From the NCBI GenBank assembly GCA_964016885.1, contig OZ024744.1, positions 68,758,001-68,822,000 on the forward strand: a stretch of 64,000 nucleotides of DNA, given 5' to 3'. The stretch is from Eledone cirrhosa (lineage: Eukaryota). Below the pieces are notes generated by a model. The model was not told the DNA's origin. It did no database searches and worked only from the letters and a program-made list of their open reading frames with translations. Below are positions 22,225 to 34,401 of this stretch, piece by piece. The position numbers were made by a program, and so were the translations under genes. How positions within the stretch are numbered: the stretch's first letter is position 1; each line of letters starts with the position of its first letter.

Positions 22225-24272
22225 CACTCAGTCAAAATGACAAAATTTCAACCCCAACATCTGCAACATCTACAACAACAACAACAACTGCGGCATCAAA
22301 CAGTAAACAACGACAACATCAGCAACACCGTTTGTAGCAGTGTGGCAAAAACAACAGCACTAACAACAAGACCAGTAGCAGCAGTAGCGGCAGCAATAAT
22401 GTGGTCCCAAATATAGAGACAGTGCTAGTCACGGAGGAGGAGATGGCAGTCGCATGTGCCGAGGTGACAATAAATGACAATAGAGTTTCTCAGAAATCTC
22501 CGCCCGATTTCTTCAAAGACCAGCAGCTGCGTACTGTGACTTACCACACCGTAAGCATTATGCGCTCGATCCGCCAGCGTTTCACCCTTTCGTCCCTCTT
22601 GTACGTACTGGCACTCGAGCTGTTACTGCACAAATTGAAGACGATGAGGTGGGGTCCCACGCGAACTGGGATGCGGGAGGTCCTTGTCAGCTTACTTAGA
22701 CGACGTCACCGTGGTGGTGTCGAGCACCAAACACGTCCAGATGTTCGGCACCGCTCTCAAGGAATACGAAGCGGTAACAGGAGCAAAGATAAACCAGGAA
22801 AAGTCGGTGGGCTTGCAACTCGGCACCTGGAGAGGCAAATTCATGCCGTCCGACAGCGTCGTGGGGAGCTGGACGGAATTACCGGTTAAATTGCTCGGGT
22901 CTGGTTCGGTCCGGACATCCAGATGGAGAAAAACTGGAGCGAGGTGACGAGCAGGGTGGCCTCTCTCACCCAGAATTGGGCCGAGAGGAGGCTGTCTCTG
23001 AAAGGTGGGGTGGAGTTGGCGAATGCGCACATCGCGTCCGTCATCTGCTACCGCCTGACCGTCGTACCTTGCCGCCGTCCAACTCTGACCAAAATGGAGC
23101 GCCTTCTCTTCCGCTTTTTGTGGCAGGGATGTGCTCCCATGCTCAGACGATCCATTTGCTGACAACACCCCCCGTTTCGTGGAGGACTAGGCATGCCGTG
23201 GCTGATGATGCGCAAACATACGCTGAGGCTGCGACATCTCTGGTGCTTCCTTGACGGTGAACAGGTGTGGTCGCCGTGTGCCAGACGCGCTTTTCCCCAG
23301 CTCGTTTCCTTAACGGAGCTGCAGTCCTGGATCAGGAAAAGACTGAGGGATAGCGCTTGGAAGCTTCCAAGCGCTCATCGCCCTCTACCAGCTGGGCACT
23401 AGTATCGGTGGAACATCCACCTCGGCGTTCTATAGAGGGCTAGTGGGGGCAAAGAGCGAAGACATGTTCGGGGAGACCCTGGGCGTCGAAGACGATCAGC
23501 TGTTCGCTCTCTTCAAGAGAACTTTCAGACCGGGGCCTATGGATAACTTCCAAAAATCCCTGGCCTGGCAGTGCTACCGGGGAGCGTTGCCGGTTCGGGA
23601 TAAGCTCTACAGGCACGGAGGTGCTGTCAGCTGAGCCTATCCGAGATGCGCGCAGGGCGACGAAACCATCCTGCACGCACTCGTTCAGTGCCCGAGGATT
23701 GCTGACTTGTGGAGCTATGTCAAACAGCTGCTGTCGCGTTTAGGACGGATCCGGTTATCGACTGAGTCCATTGTGCAGATAGCCCCGCCATCTTCCTTTA
23801 AAGAGGAGGAAGGGCAGGCAGTTTTCATCTGCCTGGTGGCCATGGCGAAAGAGATTGTGTGATGGACAAGGTTGAAAGGGTTGAAGACGGACACTTTCCT
23901 CTTCGGCCAATCCCTGATTAACTTTTTCAAGTTTCACTTGAAGAGGAAAATCAGGATGGAGGGGCAAGTGCTGTCTTCTAGTAAGCTTGTTGAAAGGTGG
24001 GTGAAAGTGGCGAGTTTGGTCCGAGTGAACGGGCCCGCTCTGATTATGCGCCTGTAGACTGAGGAGTGGGAAAACTGAGAGAGGGCGCTTGCCCTGGTGG
24101 TCAGGGTGGCCATCGCCTTTTTGCGTGGTTTTCGCCACGAGTGACCCTCGGAGGTTTCCCCCTTTTTTTTATTTCTAGCCCAATTTTGTTATAACCTGCT
24201 TACACGACCAAGACCCACTTTGTGTCGTCCTGTACTGTTCTGTGCCGTCTCTATGTAGCCAATAAAGAAACC
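22225..24272 (+). mobile_element. Degenerate Tx1 copy D: ORF1 N-terminal fragment fused to RT C-terminal half
   Basis: NIETVLVTEEE...LRTVTYHTVS joins IMRSIRQ at ~22557. Then AYLDDV, QEKSVGLQLGTW, MDNFQKSLAWQC with frameshifts and stops. AATAAA and (ATT) tail. Confidence 0.88.
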
Positions 24273-24287
24273 ATTATTATTATTATT

Positions 24288-24556
24288 GTTCTTTGTGTCT
24301 CAGACATTGATGTTATTAAGTGGAAAGTTTGTTGAAATGAATATCAAGCCACTATCTGCAACCTCAGACATTCAGGACGTATCGGAGGGTTCCTGCTGTT
24401 TCCAGCAAGCATGCCTTTTGAAGTGTTCCGAAAAACGGGGCTGGACTAATCTTCTTTAACCATTGTTGAAAACTCTTTGAGATAGTACCTAGTGCTCCTA
24501 TGATAATCGGGACGACCTTAATCTCATGGCAGTTCCAAATCCTTTTTAACTCCCAC
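24288..24556 (-). mobile_element. 5'-truncated R4/Dong 3' fragment
   Basis: Homologous to 15200-15465. Encodes WELKRIWNCHEIKVVPIIIGALGTIS...LQKACL. Flanked by (TTA)n. Confidence 0.85.
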
Positions 24557-24603
24557 CATTATTATTATTATTATTATTATTATTGCCGTTATTGTTATTA
24601 TTA

Positions 24604-24656
24604 GTTTTTTTTCGTGCAATGGCCATACTCGATAACGAGGGGGGCAGCCATCATCA
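24604..24656 (+). mobile_element. RTE-like 3' stub, second copy
   Basis: Nearly identical to 18701-18752 and followed by CATGTATGCA. Confidence 0.6.
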
Positions 24657-26339
24657 TGTATGCACGCATGCATGCATGTAGTGACAGACTGTAATAGCAC
24701 GAATCAATGAATAAAATGTTGTCACATTTGTTCGTTCTGTCTCTTTGATGTGCAGAACTTCGGGGTGATGTTGTCTTACGGTCCCAGCGGTCTCACCGGA
24801 CCAACTTACAAAGGTGTTACCCCGGAGGATAGCGAGAAAAATGTAATGATAAACTTCTCGAAAAGCATCCGGTGTTTCAATGACTTGCGATCTTCAGCTT
24901 GTCGGGCAACAAAACCTGGGTCTGTTCCGGAACTCAACAGATTGCTGCCGACAAAACTGTAACTGCATATCACATCACTGAGGAGGCTACCACCGCGGAA
25001 CAGGAAGATTGTAGTGCCATCTGGCATTTTGCTGACCCGCGGTCCAATCCGACCGGTTAAATCTATGATGTGGAAGAAGGCAACTGTGTTCAAGCAAGTT
25101 TTAACATTGTTCTTGAATGTAGCATATCATGGAAAGTGATTCGTGGTGGTGTGGTATGACAGCATGTGAAGACCGAAAGCGTTTACTGTGGACCTGCAGA
25201 GGTATTCGTGCTACTTGCTGATAGGGAAGCTGACCCTGAGATAATCACAAACACTGTCACAGTCGCTGTCCACCTGAGTATAAGTTGACCACCAGGGTAC
25301 GATGTTCATCCAAACGCCGCTATATGAAGAGTGAAAACATGCCAGAAGCTGTCTAAAATAGCACTGGATAGCACCTCATTTGTTTTGGGGAGATTGGACA
25401 TTTACAGAATGGAAATCATGTCTGCTCCAGTCATGTAACCTGCTTCGAATGTTCCCTGATCGTATGAGTTTCTAATGTGCTGCAGGAGAACGTTGTTGAT
25501 GAGTTGAAGTTTTCTTTAAATTTATTCAGTTACACTTGTAAGGGAATTGTTTACTCTATATGTACGTGTATATACATGCAACCCACCGATGCATTATACG
25601 TATTTAAGACAGATTACTAATACACTTCACGGGCAGTTTGAAATTAATTTTGAATTTACGTCCGGTTTGGGTTTATGTTAGCTTTAGAGGCTTACATTTT
25701 AAACCAGTACACGTCCTACTACCAGATTTGTACGGATCTGTTTGTAATTTTCCTACATTCGAGTAAAATTGAATGGCGGCTAAATGTATTTTTCAAACTC
25801 AAGGTTAAACACAGAGGAAACATTTTTTCAGATATATAGATTCAAGTATATAATTTTTTTAATTATTATTAAAGTTATATGTGCAACATAAACACATGGC
25901 GCCATGAAAAGATTCTTTGCCAGTTAATCTTAGTAAGTTATGAGACTTTTAGTGTCAATAAACTATTAATTAAAATAACGTGCATTACAAAATGCCTGTT
26001 TTAATATTAATATTAATATATATATATATATATTATTAATATTAATATATATATATATATATATATATATAATCAGAAGTAAGAGAAGCCTCACACACAT
26101 ACATATAGATATGTAATTAGATGTAAGAGAAACCATATATATATATATATATCAGGTTTCTTTTACTTAAATCTACCGACATTAGCTGAGTATGTGTAAT
26201 TGTTGATATGTATGGTGTATATATCAAATGAACAATATAGCTGCCATCATAGAGTTATTAGTTGTTGTTGTAGTTTTTTTGTGTGTATTTTTTTTTTTTG
26301 GGGGGGGGGGGGGTATTTTTTTCACTATGAGTGTTTATT

Positions 26340-26750
26340 AGCAGCAGTAGTGTTAATGGGCGTGGTGGTTGTAGTGTAGTTAGTGGTGATGGTGTTAGTG
26401 AAGGTGCTATTATTAGTGGCGGTGGTGTTGTTATTGACGGCGGTGTTAGTGGTGCTTGTGGTGTTAGTGGTTGTGGTGTTAGTGGTTGTGGTGTTAGTGG
26501 TTGTGGTGTTAGTGGTTGTGGTGTTAGTGGTTGTGGTGTTAGCGGGCGTGTTGTTACTGGGTGTGTTGCTAGATGTGTTTTTGTTGTTGTTGTTGTTGGT
26601 GGTGGTGGTGATGGTGGTGGTAGTGATAATGTTTGTGGTAGTGTTGTTGGGTCTGTAGTTATTAGTGTTGATCTTTGAGGTGGTAATGTTAGTAGCAGTA
26701 GAGTTAATGGTGGTAATGGTGAGAGTGACATTGGTTGTGATAATGTAGAG
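26340..26750. repeat. GT-rich low-complexity tract containing about six 15-bp GGTGTTAGTGGTTGT units (~26445-26540)
   Basis: Direct reading. Confidence 0.85.
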
Positions 26751-27169
26751 GGGGGGGGGGGGGGTCACGCTGATAGTCGTGTTGTTCTTGTTATTAAATT
26801 CAGTTCTGTAATGATTGAACAGACGTTTGATCAACGAGGATCCACTCATGATAATTACCTGCCTTTCATTCTCATGAATATCAACAACACATCACACCGA
26901 AATAGACGTATAAATAAAATAAATAAATAAATATATACACAAACACACACAATCAAACCTGGGTATTATGCATGCGCAGCCCAAGTACACATCATACAGC
27001 TCACAAAAACAACTGGTGTAACAAAGAACAAGGGAGGGAGAGACAAAATAACAAAGGAGGTCACAGAATGTGTGACGAAGGAGCTTCAACGATCAACAAA
27101 TAAAAAAAACCATCCGGTTATGAAACTAACCGACTGTCAGTTTGAGGTCGGTGTTGAAGTCGACCTTCG

Positions 27170-27595
27170 TGGAGACTTGAAGATCCGTCTCTTCGTGGCT
27201 ACAGTGGAGTCTGTGCTGCTGTATGGGTCTGAGACTTGGACACTGACCAAAAAAAATCACTCAGATAGTGGATGGGTGCTACACGAGAATGCTGAAGACG
27301 GCTCTGAACATTAATCAGTATACACTGAGTATGAAGGACACAGAGCTGTACGGCAGCGTCCCAAAAGTTACTCGAAAGTAACACAGATGAGACTGAGGTT
27401 AGCTGGACAGGCTCACCGACATTCAGAATTCTGTGGGAGCCCCTACACGGACGCACTAGAAGACCTAGGTTAACATATATTGATGCCCTTAGGACAAACA
27501 CTGGTCTCTTGGAGACGCAGGACGTGGCGGCGATGATGAAGGACAGAGACCGCTGGAAAGAACTCATACATGGATCTCGAAAATTTTACCCGCCC
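27170..27595 (+). mobile_element. RTE-clade LINE 3' fragment ending in (TA)n
   Basis: LKIRLFVATVESVLLYGSETWTLTK...GCYTRML...MRLRLAG. Frameshifted. Confidence 0.82.
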
Positions 27596-27669
27596 TATAT
27601 ATATATATATATATATTTGTAATTTCTGTTTACCTTTTACATATCTGTTCTTCCCTTATCCGAACTTAA

Positions 27670-27697
27670 CTGATGAAGGACTTCTGTCCGAAACGTT
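27670..27697 (+). ncRNA. Hammerhead-ribozyme-like core (Penelope-type), stem I not evident
   Basis: CTGATGA-a-GGAC-TTCT-GTCC-GAAACGTT within a ~160-bp insert flanked by (TA)n. Confidence 0.45.
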
Positions 27698-27773
27698 GAC
27701 ACCTCTTCCACTTCCATTAAGCGTGAACCTAATATAACTGTGTATAATTGTCTCCTGTGTTTTGTTCGTTCAT

Positions 27774-27812
<39 letters not shown>

Positions 27813-27853
27813 CGAAACATAAGTCAATTGCATGAACTCATAATCCTTTATTT

Positions 27854-27909
27854 ACTGCTATATATATTTCGATGATAGCCATTGAATGGCTATGATCTTA
27901 TCAGGCAGT
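27854..27909 (-). ncRNA. Minimal type I hammerhead-ribozyme-like motif with a G8A core change
   Basis: Minus strand: ACTGC CTGATAA [GATCATAGCCA TTCAA TGGCTATCATC] GAAA TATATA TA GCAGT. Stem I ACTGC/GCAGT, long stem II, palindromic stem III. Confidence 0.55.
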
Positions 27910-28124
27910 TAGTCAGTTCTTAGAGATGCCAGCTCTGTGTTTATAGTGTTGATGGTATCAGAGCCTTGGGACATATGAGCTTGTTAGGAATAATTTAATG
28001 TTGTCAGCAGGAATAGTCTTAATTCTCATTGGTCAGTTTGTAGATGCTAGTAGGGTTGATATTTGACCTCAAAGAGGCAGGTGGTGTTGTAAAGTTCAAA
28101 CCGTCAGGCAAGATGACAATAGTT

Positions 28125-28179
<55 letters not shown>

Positions 28180-28601
28180 CACTTTCTCTCGACTGACCTC
28201 TTCCTCGCACTTCCACTCACTCACTCTCTGTTTCTCCCCTTCTCACTTCCTCCCGTTCGTTAGTAGTGGGATTCTTTCTTTCTCACATCTCATTCACGTC
28301 GGACGGTCTGTTTTCTGACGGCTCATAAAATTCACCCAGCTTATGCTGACCGGATAACTATCATGTTGCTTGCTTTTTTCCTACCTTCGGTTAGCTTTTC
28401 CTTCTATGTTGTTTACTTGTCTCACTCGCTTTACGCGATTCACTTGTCCCAATAGCTTATTTTAGTTATTGCTCGCACCAACCTGAGGTATATGATTTTT
28501 AATGCGATGAAATACCAATGATGGTTGGCAAATCACTGATGAGGGACTAATTTTATAATATGTAACCCATGTGCAACCACGCAGTATTCCTCTTTCTTCA
28601 C

Positions 28602-28688
<87 letters not shown>

Positions 28689-28772
28689 GTATATTAGTAA
28701 AAAGGAAAAAAAAATGCTGACAAATTTTTCCCAGTGAAAAATAGTTTAATTAGGAATAAGTATAAGTTAGTA

Positions 28773-28885
28773 ATTGTTTCTACTTTTGGCACAAGGCCAG
28801 CAATTGCCCAGTGTATTACTGGTACTTTATTTTATCGACCCCGTAAGGATGAAAGGCAAAGTTAACTTCTGCGGGATTTGAACTC
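28773..28885 (-). mobile_element. tRNA-derived SINE fragment
   Basis: Minus-strand B box GAGTTCAAATCCC and core CTTTGCCTTTCATCCTTACGGGGTCGATAAAAT. Same family at 31640 and 37915. Confidence 0.75.
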
Positions 28886-30482
28886 AATAAGTATTAGTTA
28901 GTATTCAGTTTTAGTTTTAAGTTTTTACCGGTTGCGCATTTCTAATGCTTTTCAAAAATAATTTTGAGATAGAGCGCTCGTGATTTTTGCTCTAATCTGA
29001 TATTTTTTGGAAATTCTTCCTGTTTTATGTGAAAAAAGTTTGCTCCAGAGGTATTAAGATTTGGTTGGTTGTTGAATGTCACGTGAATAAGCACTATAAA
29101 TTTCGCGTCAATTCGTGTTGCAAAAATTCGTGTTGCAAAAATTCTTGTAGTCAAAACAATTTTGATTGGTCGGTAGAAGTCACGTGAATGTTAAAATTGA
29201 TTTCAGGTCTTGATGTTACACCTGTTCTTTCCAAGAAAAGGAAGTAATCAGGCATCATTAAAAATTTAGGTCAACTCTGCCTTTCATGAAAGATCTCATT
29301 TGTAGGTGATCTCTCTATTTATGTTTATTGAAGTGGAACTATACTTATTTTATTGATTTCTTACACAAAAATGGTAGGATAATAATGTTCTCTCTCTCTC
29401 TCTCACTCTCTCTCTCTCTCTCGCCCTCTCTTTCTCTCTGCGTGGCCTTTATACAGCACTCACTTTTCAAGGATCAGTCCACCTCGTTATCCAGGCCGAC
29501 AACAAAATAGAGAAGAGAGATTGTGAAGGTAGAGACGCGCTCTGGAACAATCAACCAGTCCACTTCTCACTTATGGGTAGAAAACCCCGCCGCCGCTAAA
29601 TATTTACCAATCAATTATCTAGGAGGTTGATTTAATCCTTCACTACACACCTAAACTGAAACGTTTCAATATACATGTTTCTATGTTAAGAATATAAAAG
29701 GGAAGCAATTAATTATTTCATGAAATAAGAGGGGTGGGTTTTTTTAATAGAAACGCGTGAGTGGTTAAACAAACAAATAAAAAAAGGAGAGAATGAAAAA
29801 AAAGAAGGGGGGGGGGGGAGAAGAAAGAAAAAAGCAGAGCAGAAAGAAAGAAAACAAAAAAAAAGATAAAGGAGGAGAAAGGTTAAGAAAAGGGAAAGAA
29901 AGAAAAGAAGGAAAAAGCTGATATAATAAATATTGTCTTTTATAGAGTTTCTGGTCAACAGTTTGTGTGTTCGTCTCAAATCATTCAAAATTTGCTGACT
30001 TTGTCCTTTTTGTCTATTAACTTACAGAAATGAAAAAAAGTCATCTGTACTTTTATCTGTATACTAGTTTTATGATATTCAAACTACAAGAAATAGTTCA
30101 ACGGCGGTAAAATATTGACTTAAATATCGTGTCCTCCGCCGCTTAGCGTGTGTGGTTGACTTTTATCCATTAAAAAGAGTCGACAATATATGTGAGTGGG
30201 TGTACGTATGTCTGTTTGTGTAAGCGCACATGCGTGTGTGAGTGAGTGCGTGCGTGTTGATTTTGTGAATGTTTGTGTTTAGAAAGAGTTAAAAAAAAAA
30301 AAAATACTCAATGCATAAAGTAGAGTTTATTAGAAGCTGGAGTTTCTTGAATCACTATTCTGAATAACATACTGCGAATTACTAGAACGACACACAAGGA
30401 CACCACATACACACACACGCATATATATATACATGTGTGAATTTTGAATATTAATATATATATATATATGTATCTCTGAATA

Positions 30483-30537
<55 letters not shown>

Positions 30538-30540
30538 CTC

Positions 30541-30982
30541 TAGGGCGGGTAAAATTCCCGAGATCCATGCACGAGTTCTCTCCAGCGGTCTCTGTCCCTC
30601 ATTATCGCTGCGATGTTTTGCGACTCCAACAGACCAGTGTCTGTCCTTAGGGCAACAACATACGTTAACCTTAGTCTTCTTCTTCCAGTATGTCCATGTA
30701 GGGGCTCCCACAGGAGCACTAAGTGCAATATCAACTCTGGATGTCGGTAAGCATGTCCGGCTAACCTCAGTCTCATCTGTGTCACTTTTGACCTGACTTT
30801 TGGGAGGCTCCCATACAGCTCTGAGTTTTCATCCTCAGTGTATACTGATTAATGTTCAGAGCCATCCTCAGCATTCTCGTGTAGCACCCATCCACCATCT
30901 GAGTGATTTTTTTGGTCAGTGTCCAAGTCTCAGACCCGTACAGCAGCACAGACTCCACTACAGCAATGAAGAGGCGGATTCC
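30541..30982 (-). mobile_element. RTE-clade 3' fragment, inverted relative to 27170-27595
   Basis: MTQMRLRLAGHAYRHPELILHLVLLWEPLHG...RDRWRELVHG. Same terminal ...TTTTACCCGCCCTA next to a TA tract. Confidence 0.82.
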
Positions 30983-31639
30983 CCAAGTAAGCTCAACTAC
31001 GCCCTTAAGGGAGCAGGAAGACTAAAAAAAACAAGGGCTGGTGAAGAGAAAAGGGACTAAATAAACGAATTAGTATTGCTCATAAAACCACCATCTGTGT
31101 ACATGAATAATGTAGTCCATGAAACCGTCAAGATTATAAGTATGCTTGAAAAAAATCCATGTTGCTAAGTGAATTAAAAATTTATATTTTAAATTTCTTG
31201 GCTTTGTTAAGAAAAATTTCATCTGCATTCAGGCAAGAAAATTATGGATTATGCAGCTCTTACATAATGTTGTTACTGGTTACCAAATCCACAAAGACAC
31301 GTACTGTTGACTGAAGAATTGATTCTACCTGTTATTTTTTAAGTTATGCAAATTTTGTTAAACCAATATTAGTGAGGCTAATAAAATTCCGTTGATCAAT
31401 ATTATAACGACAAATGGATGAAATGGGCAGTTTTCATTACATGTGTTTGGACTAGCCTTATCAGAGAATGCAGTTTTGTTGTTAGTTTATGTTCATTTCA
31501 TAAAAGAAGTGGAGATAGTTGAAGAGTTATTATTTGCAAGACATTTAGTAGCAGATGTTAAAGGAGAATCAATATTTCTTCTTGAAGAAGAGTTTTTTTT
31601 TAAGAAAAGATTTTTTTTTTTTTTACAAATGATGATTTC

Positions 31640-31848
31640 TACTATAGGCACAAAAACCAGCAATTTGAAAAGAAGGGGAAATCGATTAAATCGACCCCAG
31701 AGCATCACTGGTGCTTTATTTATTGACCCCGTAAGGATGAAAGGGAAATCTAACCTCGGCGGATTTAAACTCAGAACGCAAAGGGCCGTAACGTTATGCC
31801 ACAAAGCAGATTGTCCGACGCTCTACCGATACTGCCAATCCATCACCT
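31640..31848 (-). mobile_element. tRNA-derived SINE (same family as 28773 and 38030)
   Basis: Minus-strand A box TGGCAGTATCGG, B-box-like GAGTTTAAATCC and the shared core. Confidence 0.72.
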
Positions 31849-32578
31849 TTGTTTTTACAAATAATGAGACAGGTCCGCCTGATTGAGTTCTGGTAACAAT
31901 GGATTGTCAACCTGGAATCATTGCATGCTGTAAAACAAACAACTGCAATATGTATTGATAACATTTAGTTGCAAAACGTCTTAGTGATCGCTTACATCAT
32001 ACATTGTTGGAAGATACTTCTCTGAGTTTCTTTTATAGTCTTAAAGTCTTTTCATACGGGCGGAACACCTTCAAGTAGATTAAAAGTAACATAGCTAACG
32101 AGAGAGAGTCGGTTTCTAACATAGACACAAAATACTTTCATTCACAATATATATATACAATGGATATTTACATGGAAGGGTCGATAGTGTAAAACTACAC
32201 ACACACATGTACACCAGGTTTGAACACCGAAGAGCCGAACTGCTACCTGTCATCGCTCGCGTCTCTCCGGCGAACAGAAGAGAGAGGGCGTTTCCCTGTA
32301 GGATGGTGAGGAAGACGCCCTAGAAGAGCCGTTCCATCTCGCGAGACTCACAACTGCGGCTAGCGAGCTCAGCGCCTATGGTGGCGAGTAGGGAAGTGGC
32401 CATAGGGCCAAGTACACCAGAAGTCTCCACTGCTAGGGGCTCGACTGCAAACCTGTCGGAGAGCAACCGATATTTGATAGCTTATACGTTAGATTTATAT
32501 TTCGCATTACTGAAATTGATTTGCAGCCACAAAACAAAGTAAATTTGATTAAAACAAAAGTTGTTATACCGCATTTAG

Positions 32579-32899
32579 TGAAGGTGCGTGGCTTTGGGGT
32601 TAGAGTAATTCGGCTCACAATCGTAAGGTCGTGAGTGTGATTCCCGGCGGCGCGTTGTGTTCTTGAGACAATTTATTTCACGTTGCTCCAGTCCATTCAG
32701 CTGGCAAAAATGAGTTGAACCTGTAGTTCGAAGTACCAGCCTTGTCACATTCTGCGTCATGCTGAATCTCCCCGAGAGCTACGTTAAGCGTATGCCTGTC
32801 TGTGGAATGCTCAATCACTTTCACGTTAAGTTCACGAGTAGTTTGTTCCGTTGATTGGATCAACTGGAATACTCGTCGTCGTAACCGACGGAGTGCCAG
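32579..32899 (+). mobile_element. Second tRNA-derived SINE family
   Basis: A-box-like TGGCTTTGGGGTTAG and B-box-like GTGAGTGTGATTCCC, followed by a SINE-like body (TTGTGTTCTTGAG...CCAGTCCATTCAGCTG). Boundaries approximate. Confidence 0.55.
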
Positions 32900-33008
32900 T
32901 TGGTTATTTTGTCGCATTTGTTTCAAAGCTTATTGTGTTCAAACATAATTCAGGCTCAAATAGTTTCCAAGGTTTTTTATACTCAAGGAAAAGAGAGAAT
33001 TACTGTTA

Positions 33009-33251
33009 TCTATATATAATATAAAAAGAGATGTTTATTGGTTGATTGGTTGGTTGGGTGGTTGGCTGGTTGGTTGGTTGAATAACACGAAAACTACACA
33101 CACACACACACACTTACACACATACACACACACACACACATTACAGTTTCACCTCATACTCTAAACCAGACGACACAGCCAATACAATCGTTTTTCTTTT
33201 ATCCGCCTTCTCTTAACTGTTCTCCAGGGCGAAGCCGGGTACGCCAGCTAG
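33009..33251 (+). mobile_element. Non-autonomous Helitron
   Basis: A|TC 5' end, internal (TTGG)n and (CA)n, subterminal hairpin CCAGGGCGAAGCCGGG, 3' CTAG|T. Confidence 0.78.
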
Positions 33252-34027
33252 TCTTTTATATAAGAACTTATTTAACGATGTTATTGCTATGAAAATTGTG
33301 TTTTAAGCCTATTTTCTGGAGTTCATGACAAAGAAAGATAATTGCAGGAATTTCTTCCAAAATATCTATCTAAATCACCTCATTCTACATATATATTCAT
33401 TATCATTTCTGCCTTTTTCTTTTAGAATTCATACATACGTGAATTAAAAGAACACAATCTTTACAAGTTTGAGTCAATATAGGTAGAGGATTCTGAGTAC
33501 GTTTCAGGAGAAATCTGAGACCGGCTAAGAATCAGTGGTATCTAAAAGGTCCCAAATTCTGTTGTGGTATTGGACAGGTGTTAGTATCAGCCATTCTCCA
33601 GTCACGTTCTCAGGCATATCTGGCACTAAATAAATAATTCATGTTCCATGAGAGTACTATGCTGAGACACAGTGTCCCACGGGAATTAGAAACCTGTCAC
33701 CTTATCCATATATATATAAATATATGTGTGCGTGTGTGTGTGTATCACAGAAAAAAGGAAAATCTGCTTCGTAGAATCAAGACGTATCTGAGGACCTTGC
33801 GATTTTCAGAGTCAGGTTCGTTCATCACATCGATCGTGCCTCGAGCTGGTCGCCAGAGAAACGATTGTAATATGTCCAATAAATTCCATTCGTCGCAACA
33901 CTGATTCTCTTTTTTTGTATGATATCATGGTCTGCTCTATAAGAGCATCGAGTGCTCATACGGCCTACCGCATACGGACGCTTTAAGCATCCAACACCAA
34001 TTATATATATATATATGTATATATATG

Positions 34028-34059
<32 letters not shown>

Positions 34060-34105
34060 TATATAAATGAAAGGTATAGAAATTGTTTTAGTGAGTAGCT
34101 AACAG

Positions 34106-34167
<62 letters not shown>

Positions 34168-34169
34168 CA

Positions 34170-34352
34170 GAAGAAATGTGGTAAGGAACCAGGTGGACCA
34201 TAACGCACCAAAGTACTCAATACTTAGGGTAGTAGAGTGGGTAATAGGAACGAGTAAGACCCCGACGGCTGAGCTCAAGCCGTTTCGACGGCTAATTCCA
34301 GAATTAGCCGTCGAAACGGCTTGAGCTCAGCCGTCGGGGTCTTACTCGTTCC

Positions 34353-34355
<3 letters not shown>
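34170..34355. repeat. Fold-back element with perfect 55-bp arms (34244-34298 / 34301-34355) in (TA)n
   Basis: Direct reading. 2-nt loop. Same family as 21989-22200. Confidence 0.87.
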
Positions 34356-34389
<34 letters not shown>

Positions 34390-34401
34390 TTTATATATAT
34401 A

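Noticed and set aside
26258-26849. Thr/Pro-rich mucin-like ORFs, and a possible donor CAG|GTAATT near 26858 on the minus strand
   Set aside because: Low-complexity repeat open in several frames, and no convincing acceptor was found.
31443-31886. 147-aa ORF
   Set aside because: Runs through T-tracts and a SINE, with no domain signal.
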